Made by a program: the position numbers and the translations under genes. A DNA stretch of 64,000 bases from Vicugna vicugna. Lineage: Eukaryota. The stretch is taken from NCBI GenBank assembly GCA_013265495.1, contig MU058423.1, positions 1,315,061-1,379,060 on the forward strand, in the 5' to 3' direction. How positions within the stretch are numbered: position 1 is the first letter of the stretch; each line of letters begins with the position of its first letter. The notes under the pieces are model-generated. The model had not been told where the DNA came from. It did not search any database and worked only from the letters and a program-made list of their open reading frames with translations. Of the stretch, positions 45,101 to 54,567 are shown one piece after another.

Positions 45101-48100
45101 CTTGGCCCAGGGGTACACATAGAGAAGGGCCTTAATCAATGATCTGTTTGAGTGGAGCCATTTCTTCTCCCTTCCTCTCTTTAGAGCTACTTCTCCCTGC
45201 CCCCAGTAGTGAGTTGAGGAGACTAACTGGGAAAAAAGGATCAAATAGAGGCCCCATCCTTGATGAGAGGAGCCTTAGCTCCTCCTGGTTTCTGCCCTCC
45301 TCTCCCAGCTAAAAGGAGTCACAGCTCTGAGACCAGCCTGGCTCCCAGACTTGCTTTCATATCCCCTCGGGCAGCACTCAGCTGCTGCTGCCTGTGGTGG
45401 GCTGGGTGGGGGTGGCGGCTCAGGGAGGTCCCCCTGACTCTGATTCTCTGTGCCCTATCCCCAGCACCCTGTCTCAGTGCATCCACGCTGCTGCCGCGCT
45501 GCTCTACCCCTTCAGCTGGGCACACACCTACATCCCTGTTGTCCCCGAGAGCCTTCTGGCCACTGTCTGCTGCCCCACTCCCTTCATGGTTGGAGTACAA
45601 ATGCGCTTTCAGCAGGAGGTTATGGAGAGCCCCATGGAAGAGGTATGATGCAGCAGGAAGAGGGCGTGATTTGGAGCGAGGCAGACCTGGATCCGGATCC
45701 CGGCTCTGCTGCTAACAGCTGTGTGATTTGGGGCAAGAAGCTTAACCTCTTTAAGCCCGGGCTTCCTCAGCTGTCAAACTGGAATGACGATGTTCAGTTT
45801 CTAGGGACCCCAGGGGAAATGATGTGCATAAAGCACCTAGCCCGGTGCCTGACATATAGCGGCTGCTCAGTAAGTCTCTGCTTCCTCCTCCTAAATGATT
45901 TCCCTTTGGGCTTAAGGGGTAGCACATCGCTTATTTCAGAGGTCATCCAACTGCCCTGAGCCACCTAGTCCTAGTCAGCTGGCTCTGGGTATCCCATTAT
46001 TCTCTTAAAAAATTATTTATGTTTGTGTGTGTGTTGGGGGATTAGGTTTATTTATTTTATTATTTGTTTATTTTAACGGAGGTACTGGGGATTGAACCCA
46101 TGACTTCGGACACCCTAAGCACACACTGTACTATTGAGATATACCCACCCCCCCAATTTCTCTTATGAGCACAGCTGGTCTATACAACACACACCCCACT
46201 GGAATTTATCCGCATTGCTTGGAAGTGAACTAACATAGCCTTCCTGAAAACAATGAGTCTTGAAAATGCTGATTTTTTTTTTTCTGTAGCAAGGATCATC
46301 TTTCTGATTAGCTCAGAGCTCAGTTGGCTAATGAAGATATAGATCCAAATCCCCTTTGATTTTGTCAGCTTCTTATTTCTTGGCAGTGCCCCCAGTACAC
46401 CAGAGAGCTCAGTGGTGAAAATGGGCATACGTAACATAAATCTATCTCCAGCGTTTGGAAGAACAACTCAAAACAGGGGCTTTGCTTGAGTTGTCAGTAG
46501 GAACTTTCAAAATATAGCATCTTCCTGCAATCTCAAGCCAGAAAAGCTACTTAGCTGTGTCTGCACTGGCTGACCATGGACTCCCTCTGTGTAGACAAAG
46601 GGCCTATGAAGGGGAGAGGCCGGGTCCAGGAGTAAGGTAGGAAGGCATGAGACCAGCCCTAGTGGGAAGATTCTCATTTACATAAGAAATAACTGAGGTC
46701 CAGTGAACTCAACTGACTTATCTGAGGCTGCACAGGCGATGATGGAGGTAGAACCAAAAGACCTTCTTACAAAGTGCTGCTGGGAGATAGAGAAGCAGGC
46801 TGTTTCCCGTCCTTGCGTCCCCGGTCCGCCCAGCCCTCCTCAGAACTGCTGAGTACACATGCCCTTTGAGCCAGCCTTTGCCTTGTGACTAACTGGGCCA
46901 GAGTATCAGCCCCATGTTTAGCAATAAGACTTAGGATGTCCCAACCCCAGAAGTTTTGAAACTTCCTGATGCTGCAGATTCCGCCCCTTGGAAGCTGTGG
47001 CTCCTCCCCCGGTGGCGTGGTGGGAAGACACCCCAAGGTTAATAGGACTCCAGTTCCTACTGTCTTAGAGCCTTGGCTTGTTTTATTTCTCAGCAGCTGC
47101 TCTGTGAAGCGGGCAGGGGATGAGGAAGGCAGAGGGCTGGGGGCCAGGGTAGGGGTAGGGGGATTCCGACTCCCCATGTCAGCAGCTCTCTGGAAGGGAC
47201 TGCTTGACAGGCAGTAATATCCCAAATACTGGAAAGATTTCTGGGAACAACTTCACAAAAAAAATGTTCCACACGCTTACCTCCCCCTCCCGCCCCCACC
47301 CCAGAGTGAAGAGCCTGCCCTGAATAAAGGCATCTGAGCTGATGTATACAAGAGGTTTCAGGCCTGAACTAGTTCAACTTTCCTTCCTTGATGATGGATA
47401 ATTACAGGGCCCTCTCTGTCTTTTGGCACGCTTTCCAGTTCCTCTCTTTCTTTTTATTTAGAAGAAGGGAGCACAGAGGGATCATTCACCCTCCGGTCAA
47501 GACTAAGGGTCACAAACTGAAAAGAGGGGCCCAGCAGGCACCCGCGTGGCCAGCGCCGGCGTTGGGGGCTTACGCTCATCTGTTGAGCACACGCCTTGAC
47601 TAAAGGAGGCAGCTGCACTCAGTTCCACCTTAACGTGGACCAGTGTCAGAGCTCCTACCTTGTTCAGGGAAGCCCCAAATCCCAAGTTGATGTGAACGTT
47701 TCCATTTAAGTACTGGAAATTCATTCAATTATTTATAAAATACTCTGAGGCTCAAAGATGCAGATCTGCCGGTTGGAATCCAACCAGCAGGATGCCTGTT
47801 GGTCATCTCAGGTCTAGACTGAAGGCCCCTCAGGCAGGGACGCAGCTGGCGCTAGAACTCAGGTCCCCCAGGTTCCAGTCCTGGTCTCGTTCCGCCTGCA
47901 GCCTATGGACACATGGTCTCCTCACCGCCTTTCCTTCCCTCTTCCTGCTGACCCTGGGCTCATCTCCTTCTCTTGCTGTTTCCTGCTGGGAGGCCCAAAG
48001 CTCTGAGGGCTTTTTTTTATTTTTTTATTTTTTTTTATTTATTTTTTATTTTTTTTTATTTATTTTTTTATTTTTTTATTTTTTTTATTTTTAAATATAT

Positions 48101-50707
48101 AATTTATCAAAAGGCCTGCTTTAGTGACATGCTAGTCCCACCAGAAATTTACCCCAATACCCCTTTGTCAGTAACATGCTTAAGTTGACCAGCCAACTCG
48201 TATTTCCAAACCTGCGTGTACAAGTACACGTGTGTCTTTGAAACCAAAGTCCCGGGGCTCAGGTGTCTGCTTCTGCTATCACGGGCTTTCCACCTGCTAA
48301 TTTTGACCAGTGTCCACTCCTCCAGAAGGGTGGGCAGGGCACAGAGACACCCTGGGGTGGTAGTGAGGGAGTAACAGCCCTGAACTGCCAATATTCAATG
48401 GCTGAGGGCTTTTTTTTTAAAATAGAAGTGCAGGCAGTTGGACCTAAGGTTGTTGTAAGCATTCAAAAGTCGACATCCTTGTCCTAAAGCCAACCAGAGG
48501 GAAGGGAGCTGAGGAGAGCTGTGGGGAGAGGGCGGCAATCCCAGGGACAGCACAATCTTGGCTTGGAAACTGGTTCTACTGTCTGTTAGCAGTATTACCT
48601 CGGGCAGCTTAACTTCTTTGGGTCCGTCTCCTCACCTGCAAAACAGGCATAGTACCTGCCTCGACAGGACCGCTGGGAGGATTAAATGAGATAAAATCGG
48701 CAAAGCAGTTACGGTGTGTGCCTTGTACTAAATGTCCCACATGTAAAAGCTGTTAGTGTGAACCTCGTTTTACCAAGGGAGTGAGTGGCTATGTGGTACC
48801 TGTACTCTGTACCCCTTCTCCCTCAGCTCCCTTCCTTACTCCCCCTTCCCACACCCTCATCCCCTTTCCCCAGGAAAGAGGGGAATGGTGAGAAAGGAGA
48901 CCATCAGCCAGGAAATGAGAATTGCAGATGCTGCCTTGGTTGCTGCTTGGGCTGAAAGGTACAGCCACAGGCAGACGTGGAGGTGCTGAGGCCTCCGAGA
49001 GCTATGAAGAAAGGGGAAGAGATCAAGCTGTCCTGCGTTTCTTTCAGGTCCTGTTGGTGAATCTCTGTGAAGGAACCTTCTTAATGTCAGTAAGTGTCTG
49101 GGTTCAGACCCCCGTCAGCCCCCCCACCAGCTCAACTGCTCTAGTCTCACTGATGCTCCACTCACTTCAACCAACTTTAAGTACTTTTGTTGAGTGAGAA
49201 CTCACGCTAACAAGACCTCTCCGCTCTCAAGGAGCCCACGACAAAGACGCACGTGACTTCACCAGGCGATTGGTGTTAGTGCCTTTAGAGCAAGGATATA
49301 AACCAAGTACTACAGGGATGGAGAGACTTGCTAATGTTTAGAGTTAGACTGACAATCAAGAAACAGCTTCTGTTTCTCTATGTGGCCGATTGTTTGGGGG
49401 TGAAGTTGGGGGCAAATTTCATGCCCTCCTCACACTCTCTGCCAACGCCTCCCTCCACACCTCCTTCCTGACTGCTTGACCTCTGAGCTCTGTCCTTTCC
49501 TAGGTTGGTGACGAAAAAGACATCCTACCACCCAAGCTCCAGGATGACCTGTTAGACTCTCTGGGTCAGAAGATCAAGGAGTTACAGAGTAAGTCCTACC
49601 CTTTCTGCAAAGAGCTTGAGGGCATGATTCCCAACAATTCCCTCCCAGAACTCAAATGAATTCACTCAGCAGCCCTGGGCTAGTCCCAGAGGCCTGGATT
49701 CTAGGGCAAGTGTGAGTATGAGGTTTTAGTCTTCCTAAGCAATGGTGGAGAACCCAGACCCAGTCTCCCATTTTAATCAGTCATCAGTAATTATGAACCC
49801 TACTGCATCCCTTCCCCAAGAACTTTCAGCCTGCAACGAAAGCCACTTGGAGATAGAAGTGGGTGGTTTCAGCCATCTGTTACCCTCTGAGATGATCTCT
49901 CTCTGTCCTCTGCAGCTCCAGAACAAATCAACGAGCACGTTTCAGGCCCTTTTGTGCAGTTCTTCGTCAAGACTGTGGGCCACTATGCCTCCTACATCAA
50001 GCGGGAGGCGAACGGGCAAGGCCACTTCCAAGAACGGGCCTTCTATAAGGCTCTGACCTCCAAGGCCAACCGCCGATTTGTGAAGAAGTTTGTGAAGACA
50101 CAGCTCTTCTCCCTTTTCATCCAGGAAGCTGAGAAGAGCAAGCAACCTCCTGCAGGTATACAGGGACAGCCCCCTATCAATCTAAGCCCAGAGGGTCACT
50201 GCCTCCAAGGCAGGTGTGGCCCTAGGATGACGAGGAGGGAGGAGAGGGCACTCCTCTGTAGAAACCCACAACACAGCTGTCATCTTTTCAAGTCGGATTG
50301 GAAAGAGAGACCCTGAAGCCTAAGGAAAATGCCTTCTGGGCTGACATTTTGCAGAGGTTGCTCTATTCATCAGCCAGCAGGAGGCCCTGTGCTCTTTGTT
50401 TTAGTCTGGAGTTAATTCCTATTAGTTATTCTTTGCTTTAGGCCTCTGTGGGCCAAAGTGAATACCCGGGTCTCCAGAGGCCTGTGAAGGCATGGGAATC
50501 CTGGCAGGAATGTGGGGGCGGGGGAGCACAGGCAGCAGACAGAGAGGATATTTCGGACCCTCGCTCCTGAGCTCATCTTGGTCTGCCTGGCTGGATTAGA
50601 TGCCTCTAACACCTGTATGTGAACCCACAGGCTATTTCCAACAGAAAATACTTGAATATGAGGAACAGAAGAAACAGAAGAAATCAAAGGAAAAGACTGT
50701 GAAATAA
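33102..50707 (+). CDS. DENND2D: DENN domain-containing protein 2D (Rab GEF), complete spliced gene; 468 aa (exon 1a) or 472 aa (exon 1b)
   Basis: 12 coding exons per isoform with GT-AG introns and consistent phases, no stops or frameshifts. Peptide matches DENND2D from MDGLGRRLRASLRLKRG to EEQKKQKKSKEKTVK*. Confidence 0.97.
34594..34646. repeat. Imperfect (TG)n microsatellite
   Basis: TG run with interruptions. Confidence 0.9.
36936..37005 (+). CDS. DENND2D: DENND2D alternative first coding exon 1b
   Basis: aagATGG; MERRVVGRILRRFPNWLLRGRRA+G|gtctgg (phase 1). Similar to the recalled human isoform start MEGQVVGRVFRLF..RA. Confidence 0.82.
37579..37754 (+). CDS. DENND2D: DENND2D exon 2
   Basis: tttcag|(V)PLRENSGEAVKEPERAQEHYLPSFAGGQHFFEYLLVVSLKKKHSGEDYEPTITYQFPK|gtaagg. 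Confidence 0.96.
38602..38714 (+). CDS. DENND2D: DENND2D exon 3
   Basis: ttacag|RENLLRGQQEEEERLLGAIPLFCFPDGNEWAPLTEYP(R)|gtaatt. Confidence 0.96.
39070..39270 (+). mobile_element. MIR SINE
   Basis: Core 'tctcagttccttcatctttaaagtgggga..cctacctcaaagagttgtt..gaattaaag'. Confidence 0.7.
39412..39481 (+). CDS. DENND2D: DENND2D exon 4
   Basis: cctcag|ETFSFVLTNVDGSRKIGYCRRLL|gtctgt. Confidence 0.96.
40186..40263 (+). CDS. DENND2D: DENND2D exon 5
   Basis: ccgcag|PAGRGPRLPRVYCIVSCIGCFGLFSK|gtaggg. Confidence 0.96.
40493..40602 (+). mobile_element. vic-1-like tRNA-Ala SINE
   Basis: 'agtatagctcagcggtagagcgcatgcctagcatgcataaggtcctgggttcaatccccagt' followed by an A/(GAAA)n tail. Confidence 0.88.
41463..41603 (+). 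CDS. DENND2D: DENND2D exon 6
   Basis: gtgcag|ILDEVEKRHQISLAVIYPFMQGLREAAFPAPGKTVTLKSFIPDSGTE|gtgggt. Confidence 0.96.
42185..42790 (-). mobile_element. L2 fragment
   Basis: 'ctgctgtgtgccagggc..ttcctgaccttatgg..ggggaggcagacgttaaataagtaaac..caggaaggcct' is an L2 reverse-strand pattern. Confidence 0.65.
42876..43024 (+). CDS. DENND2D: DENND2D exon 7
   Basis: ccacag|FISLTRPLDSHLEHVDFSSLLRCLGYEKIVQIFASAVLERRIIFLAEGL(S)|gtaggt. Confidence 0.96.
43555..43805 (+). mobile_element. MIR SINE
   Basis: 'tgtctgtaaaatggagata..gacctcatcaggatgtggtgaggattaaatgaaataat'. Confidence 0.75.
45465..45642 (+). CDS. DENND2D: DENND2D exon 8
   Basis: ccccag|TLSQCIHAAAALLYPFSWAHTYIPVVPESLLATVCCPTPFMVGVQMRFQQEVMESPMEE|gtatga. 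Confidence 0.96.
45670..45875 (+). mobile_element. MIR SINE
   Basis: 'atcccggctctgctgctaacagctgtgtgatttggggcaagaagcttaacctct..gtgcctgacatatag'. Confidence 0.75.
46006..46153 (-). mobile_element. vic-1-like tRNA-Ala SINE
   Basis: 'ggaggtactggggattgaaccca..ctaagcacacact..ttgagatataccc' with tail 'ggggattaggtttattt'. Flanked by ttctctta repeats. Confidence 0.85.
48011..48401 (-). mobile_element. L1-mediated retroposed insert of unique-looking sequence (mRNA 3'-UTR retrocopy or orphan transduction)
   Basis: About 80-nt patterned poly(A) tail (T-rich 48011-48092). TSD CTGAGGGC(T)8-9 at 48003-48018 and 48402-48418. Perfect TTTT/AAAA L1 endonuclease site at the right junction. Confidence 0.8.
49048..49089 (+). 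CDS. DENND2D: DENND2D exon 9
   Basis: tttcag|VLLVNLCEGTFLMS|gtaagt. Confidence 0.95.
49504..49588 (+). CDS. DENND2D: DENND2D exon 10
   Basis: tcctag|VGDEKDILPPKLQDDLLDSLGQKIKELQ(T)|gtaagt. Confidence 0.95.
49916..50155 (+). CDS. DENND2D: DENND2D exon 11
   Basis: ctgcag|PEQINEHVSGPFVQFFVKTVGHYASYIKREANGQGHFQERAF...FVKTQLFSLFIQEAEKSKQPPA(G)|gtatac. Confidence 0.96.
50631..50707 (+). CDS. DENND2D: DENND2D exon 12 (last coding)
   Basis: ccacag|YFQQKILEYEEQKKQKKSKEKTVK*. Confidence 0.96.
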
Positions 50708-51110
50708 GAGCTGTAGTGAACAGGCGTGACTAGACCGACAAGCCAGTTTTGGACTTTGGCCCCTGCCAGCACGGCAGGATCAGCGAAGCCCTCAGTCCCC
50801 AGAATCCACAGCCTTCTTCCGAGTCCTGGTAACAAGGTCTTGCTTCAAGTTGGTGTCTTGAATTTGGGATCTCTGGAATCAGCTATCTCAGGACTTTGGA
50901 AGGCTCTGACTTCTGTGCTCATGGAGCTGGGCACAAAGCTGCCTTTTCTGCAGAGGTGACACAGGGCAGCAGACAGTTGTACCGAGTGTTGTAGAATCTT
51001 CGATGTTGCTGTCACTGCCCCCTCCCACTATTACAAAATCCTCAAAAGAGGGACCAGTTATGGCCCAAAGGCCACATAGAAAAAGAGGTCTGTGGACATG
51101 TGAGGATAAG

Positions 51111-51116
51111 AATAAA
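51111..51116 (+). terminator. DENND2D: Candidate proximal poly(A) signal of DENND2D
   Basis: First AATAAA after the stop, followed by T/GT-rich sequence. Confidence 0.6.
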
Positions 51117-52020
51117 GATGACAACCTTCTTGTCCTTTATATGTGTATCTCTGGCTTCCACTCTGGAGAGAGAACCAGCAAAACAAGGATAGATGTGAGA
51201 CTAAACTGGACTAGACGTGGAGGACCTGGTAATAGTGCCCAGAACTCAGGCTGTGTTCGGAGCGGCAGAATTACACAGGGGTCAGCAGAGTCTCTAACAG
51301 GAAGGGTGAGGGAACCTGGTAAAAGCAGCAACAGCACCAGGGGCAGGGCGGCAGTTCTTGGTTCTCCTTAGGTTGGGCTTTCCAGAGTCCTGGGAGGAAA
51401 GGCTGCTGCCAGAGTGAAGCATTTGTAGTCCAGGCTGGCTTGAGGGTAGGCATTTCAGTTGACAGAAGCCAGTGAAGAACACTGCACTGCTTCCAAAAAT
51501 TGGTCTGTCTGCCCGTCACTTCCGGTTTGGAACTTTCTGTTTAGACACCCTCCTTCCTACTTTGTCGAGAAGCCCAGGTCAACTCTTTAGCTCAAGGCAG
51601 AGGGATCCTCACATTGATACTTTTTCCCCTTTGGGAAAAGAGAATCATAGTCTTAAAAATCCAAAGGGGTTTAGTAGTCGGTCCATCTTTATTCCTCTAC
51701 TGACGGCTTCTGTTCAAACACTCTAAGGGATCGGAAATTTTTAGAAGCATCGTGTCTTTCAAAAATTCCATCAATTAATGTGTGTATGTGAGTGTGGTCC
51801 TCAGGGGCCCCTGAATTCTGTACAAAGAATACAGATGTTGTTGGAGGGTGGGATGGGGGCTGGGGTTGCCAAATTTAAGCGCAACCCAACATAATTTTAT
51901 TTTAGGGGCAGAGAGACCCACTGCAGGTGGCAGATGCTCCGCTGTGCACATACCACCCCAGCTATGCTGTTACTCTGCACAGCTTCTAAGAGTTAATGCA
52001 TGTCTTTAGGTAATTTACGG

Positions 52021-52200
52021 CAGTAGTTCCTAAGCCTAGTTGTACCTCAGAAAGTTTTAGAACAAGGACTGGAATCCTGGAGAGCTTATGAAAAATAGGA
52101 GGCCCCGTCTCAAACCTACCAAATCATCTCTAGAGATAGGACCTGGGAACCTGTATTTTTTTAAACTTCTTCAGGAGATTTTGGTACCTAACCAGGTATA
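52021..52200. mobile_element. MER5A-like hAT-Charlie element
   Basis: 'cagtagttcctaagcctag..aggccccgtctcaaacctaccaaatca..gggaacctgtattttt..caggagattttg'. Confidence 0.6.
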
Positions 52201-52701
52201 TGATCACAAGAAGAAGCAAGGCCAGCTGAGGTTCACATACCCTCGATCTGATGCTGATAGTAATCTAGAGCTGAAGGACGCACACACCAAATACCTGAAT
52301 GTATTCCAGATTTCCTTTAGGCTGAAAAAGATCCTAGCATCTGTTTGTAGCTGTATCCCACTAAAACCTACTATGGTGTAGGAGAGAGCCCTGGACCAGG
52401 ATTCAGAAGATGTGGATTCTAGTTCCCATTCGGAAAAGTAGCAACTGTTGTGACACTGGTATGCTGTTTAGCCTCCCACACCTCAATGTCTCCTGTAGTA
52501 ATTAACATCTGCTACATCTGACAAGACAAGGATGTAACTTTGCCAAATAAGTTAATTAGCCCTTCTTCTTTTTCCTCTGTCCTAGCTTACAAAATTTGAT
52601 CTGCCTTTTTTCCTGTATGCACTTCTCTACTCCAGATGCTGAAGTTGCTAGCAAGCAAAGGTACTGAGAAATTTCCCTTTCCTACTATATTCTAGCAAAG
52701 A

Positions 52702-52707
52702 AATAAA
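52702..52707 (+). terminator. DENND2D: Candidate distal poly(A) signal of DENND2D
   Basis: AATAAA about 2 kb after the stop. Confidence 0.4.
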
Positions 52708-53248
52708 AGGTTTCACTGTCATTGCTAATCAAGATTATATGGAACTGATGGAACCATTAGAAGTGCAAGAAAGAGTTCCGGCTGCCAGGCAAGGCTGCAC
52801 AGCTACTGTTTACCTCTGATTATGGAAACAGCTTATAAATAAAAATCAGTAACAACATACCTCATTTTAGTCAATAGTTTAAAACTTTTCTGCCTGTCTC
52901 CCTCTTCATTCAAGCAACTGAACTATCTATGTACCGTGGAAACAGATCTGGTTTATAGTTACTGAGGATACTTGGTTTTCATTTCAAACTGTTGTGCAGA
53001 TATTGAGCAGCCAGAAAAGGAGAGCGCAAATTTTCAAGAGGCCCAAGCCTCTTTTACTGACAATCTGGGGGAAGGGTTTGAGATTCCTAAAAGACTTATA
53101 CTCTCAAGGCTGACAACTGCAACAAAACAGAAAACCTCCTGAGAGGGAAAATGAACATAACACTCCCGTGTTTTGAGTTAATTAATTTTATACAGAACAG
53201 AAAGGTCACAGGACACATAACAACAAAGCAGCTGACCGAATTTCCTTA

Positions 53249-53367
53249 TTTATTGAAGAACAGAAATAAATTTTGCTTAAAATTTTTAAAAACAACATTA
53301 AAACTTAGTTTATCTTTCCACTGAATAAAACGGAGAAAAAGACTGGCTTTCACATCATACATTTATT
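53249..53367 (-). terminator. CEPT1: Candidate CEPT1 poly(A) signals
   Basis: AATAAA on the - strand at 53362-53367 and 53249-53254, the latter followed by GT/T-rich sequence. Confidence 0.55.
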
Positions 53368-54004
53368 TAAAAAAATAAAATGGATTGATAAAGTTACCAC
53401 ATTATTATGCATGCTAACAGGATTTCCCAAGCCCATGAGATACCATTTCTTGAGCAACAAGAAAATGACTTCCTCAACAATGTAAAGATAGGAAGTCTTT
53501 CAATCCAAATTCAAGATCTTTATCACTAGTTCCACCTCACAAGCTAGTGGGATGTATCTGTGCTACCAGCTGAGCTCCTTGGTAAAAAAGCTTGAGAAGA
53601 CACTAAACAAGGATGTCACTAACAGATGATGATTTGTTAAAATTATAAAGCAACCATCTTCTGGCCTGCAAATATTCTACATTAGAAATCTCCACCACTG
53701 GGGACCTGCTCCCCATGACGATTTTACTCTGAATCCAGGATAATTACAAACACATGGCATTTTTTCTTGCATGCTTTCTTGGGCCAAACCCTGTATGACA
53801 ACATGTTACAGTTTACAGGATGGAACTTGAAATCGCCATTCTCACACAGTACAGTTAAGGAGTGTTACCAGTAACAAAGAATAAAAGTTATACAACATCG
53901 ATTATTATAAATTATATTTGTTCTTAGCCACCCCAGTCTCCTTAATATGTCCAGATCCTTTCTTGCAGAAAACATGAGTTTCCTATATAACGTCAATTGC
54001 ATCA

Positions 54005-54124
54005 TTAATGATGATTAGAATGAGCTGTAGAGACTTTGATTCTGAAGACATGTATGTGCAGGTGAGATGCAATCTGATTGCAAACACTGACACAGTAGCG
54101 AATCAAATCAAAGAAAGAGAAGAC
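54005..54124 (-). CDS. CEPT1: CEPT1 last coding exon
   Basis: ccccag|[39 protein letters not shown]. Confidence 0.96.
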   Translation of the reverse strand, partial: VFSFFDLIRYCVSVCNQIASHLHIHVFRIKVSTAHSNHH

Positions 54125-54528
54125 CTGGGGGGGAAAAAAAGACTATGAGATTCTCAGGACCTGCTTAGGCCATCCGTAAGCTTCCTGAAAGCAAAGAGGA
54201 GTGGCTTCCGACTTTCTTCTCTTCAAATTCACCTTCAGTTCCATACAACTTAATAACTCAATTCCCTTTTTTTCCCTTTATACCAAGGAGCAAAAAACTC
54301 AGTAACTATTTTAGGCTCTGTGGACCACAGTCTTATCACAACTGCTCAACTCTGTAGCATAAAAGCAGCCATAAATAATACATAAGTGAATGGTCATGAC
54401 TGTGTTCCAATAAAACTTTGTTCATAAAAACTGTCTATTGGCCCCCAGAGTGCAGTTGGCCAACTCCAGCTTTACAGTCAGAAATCTGGAATTTATGAGC
54501 CATGATGTAGGCAGGACTAATAAGAATA

Positions 54529-54567
<39 letters not shown>

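Noticed and set aside
54532..54565. Long poly(A) tract, and another at about 62354-62373, as retroposon tails
   Set aside because: No convincing element body or TSD; treated as simple mononucleotide runs.
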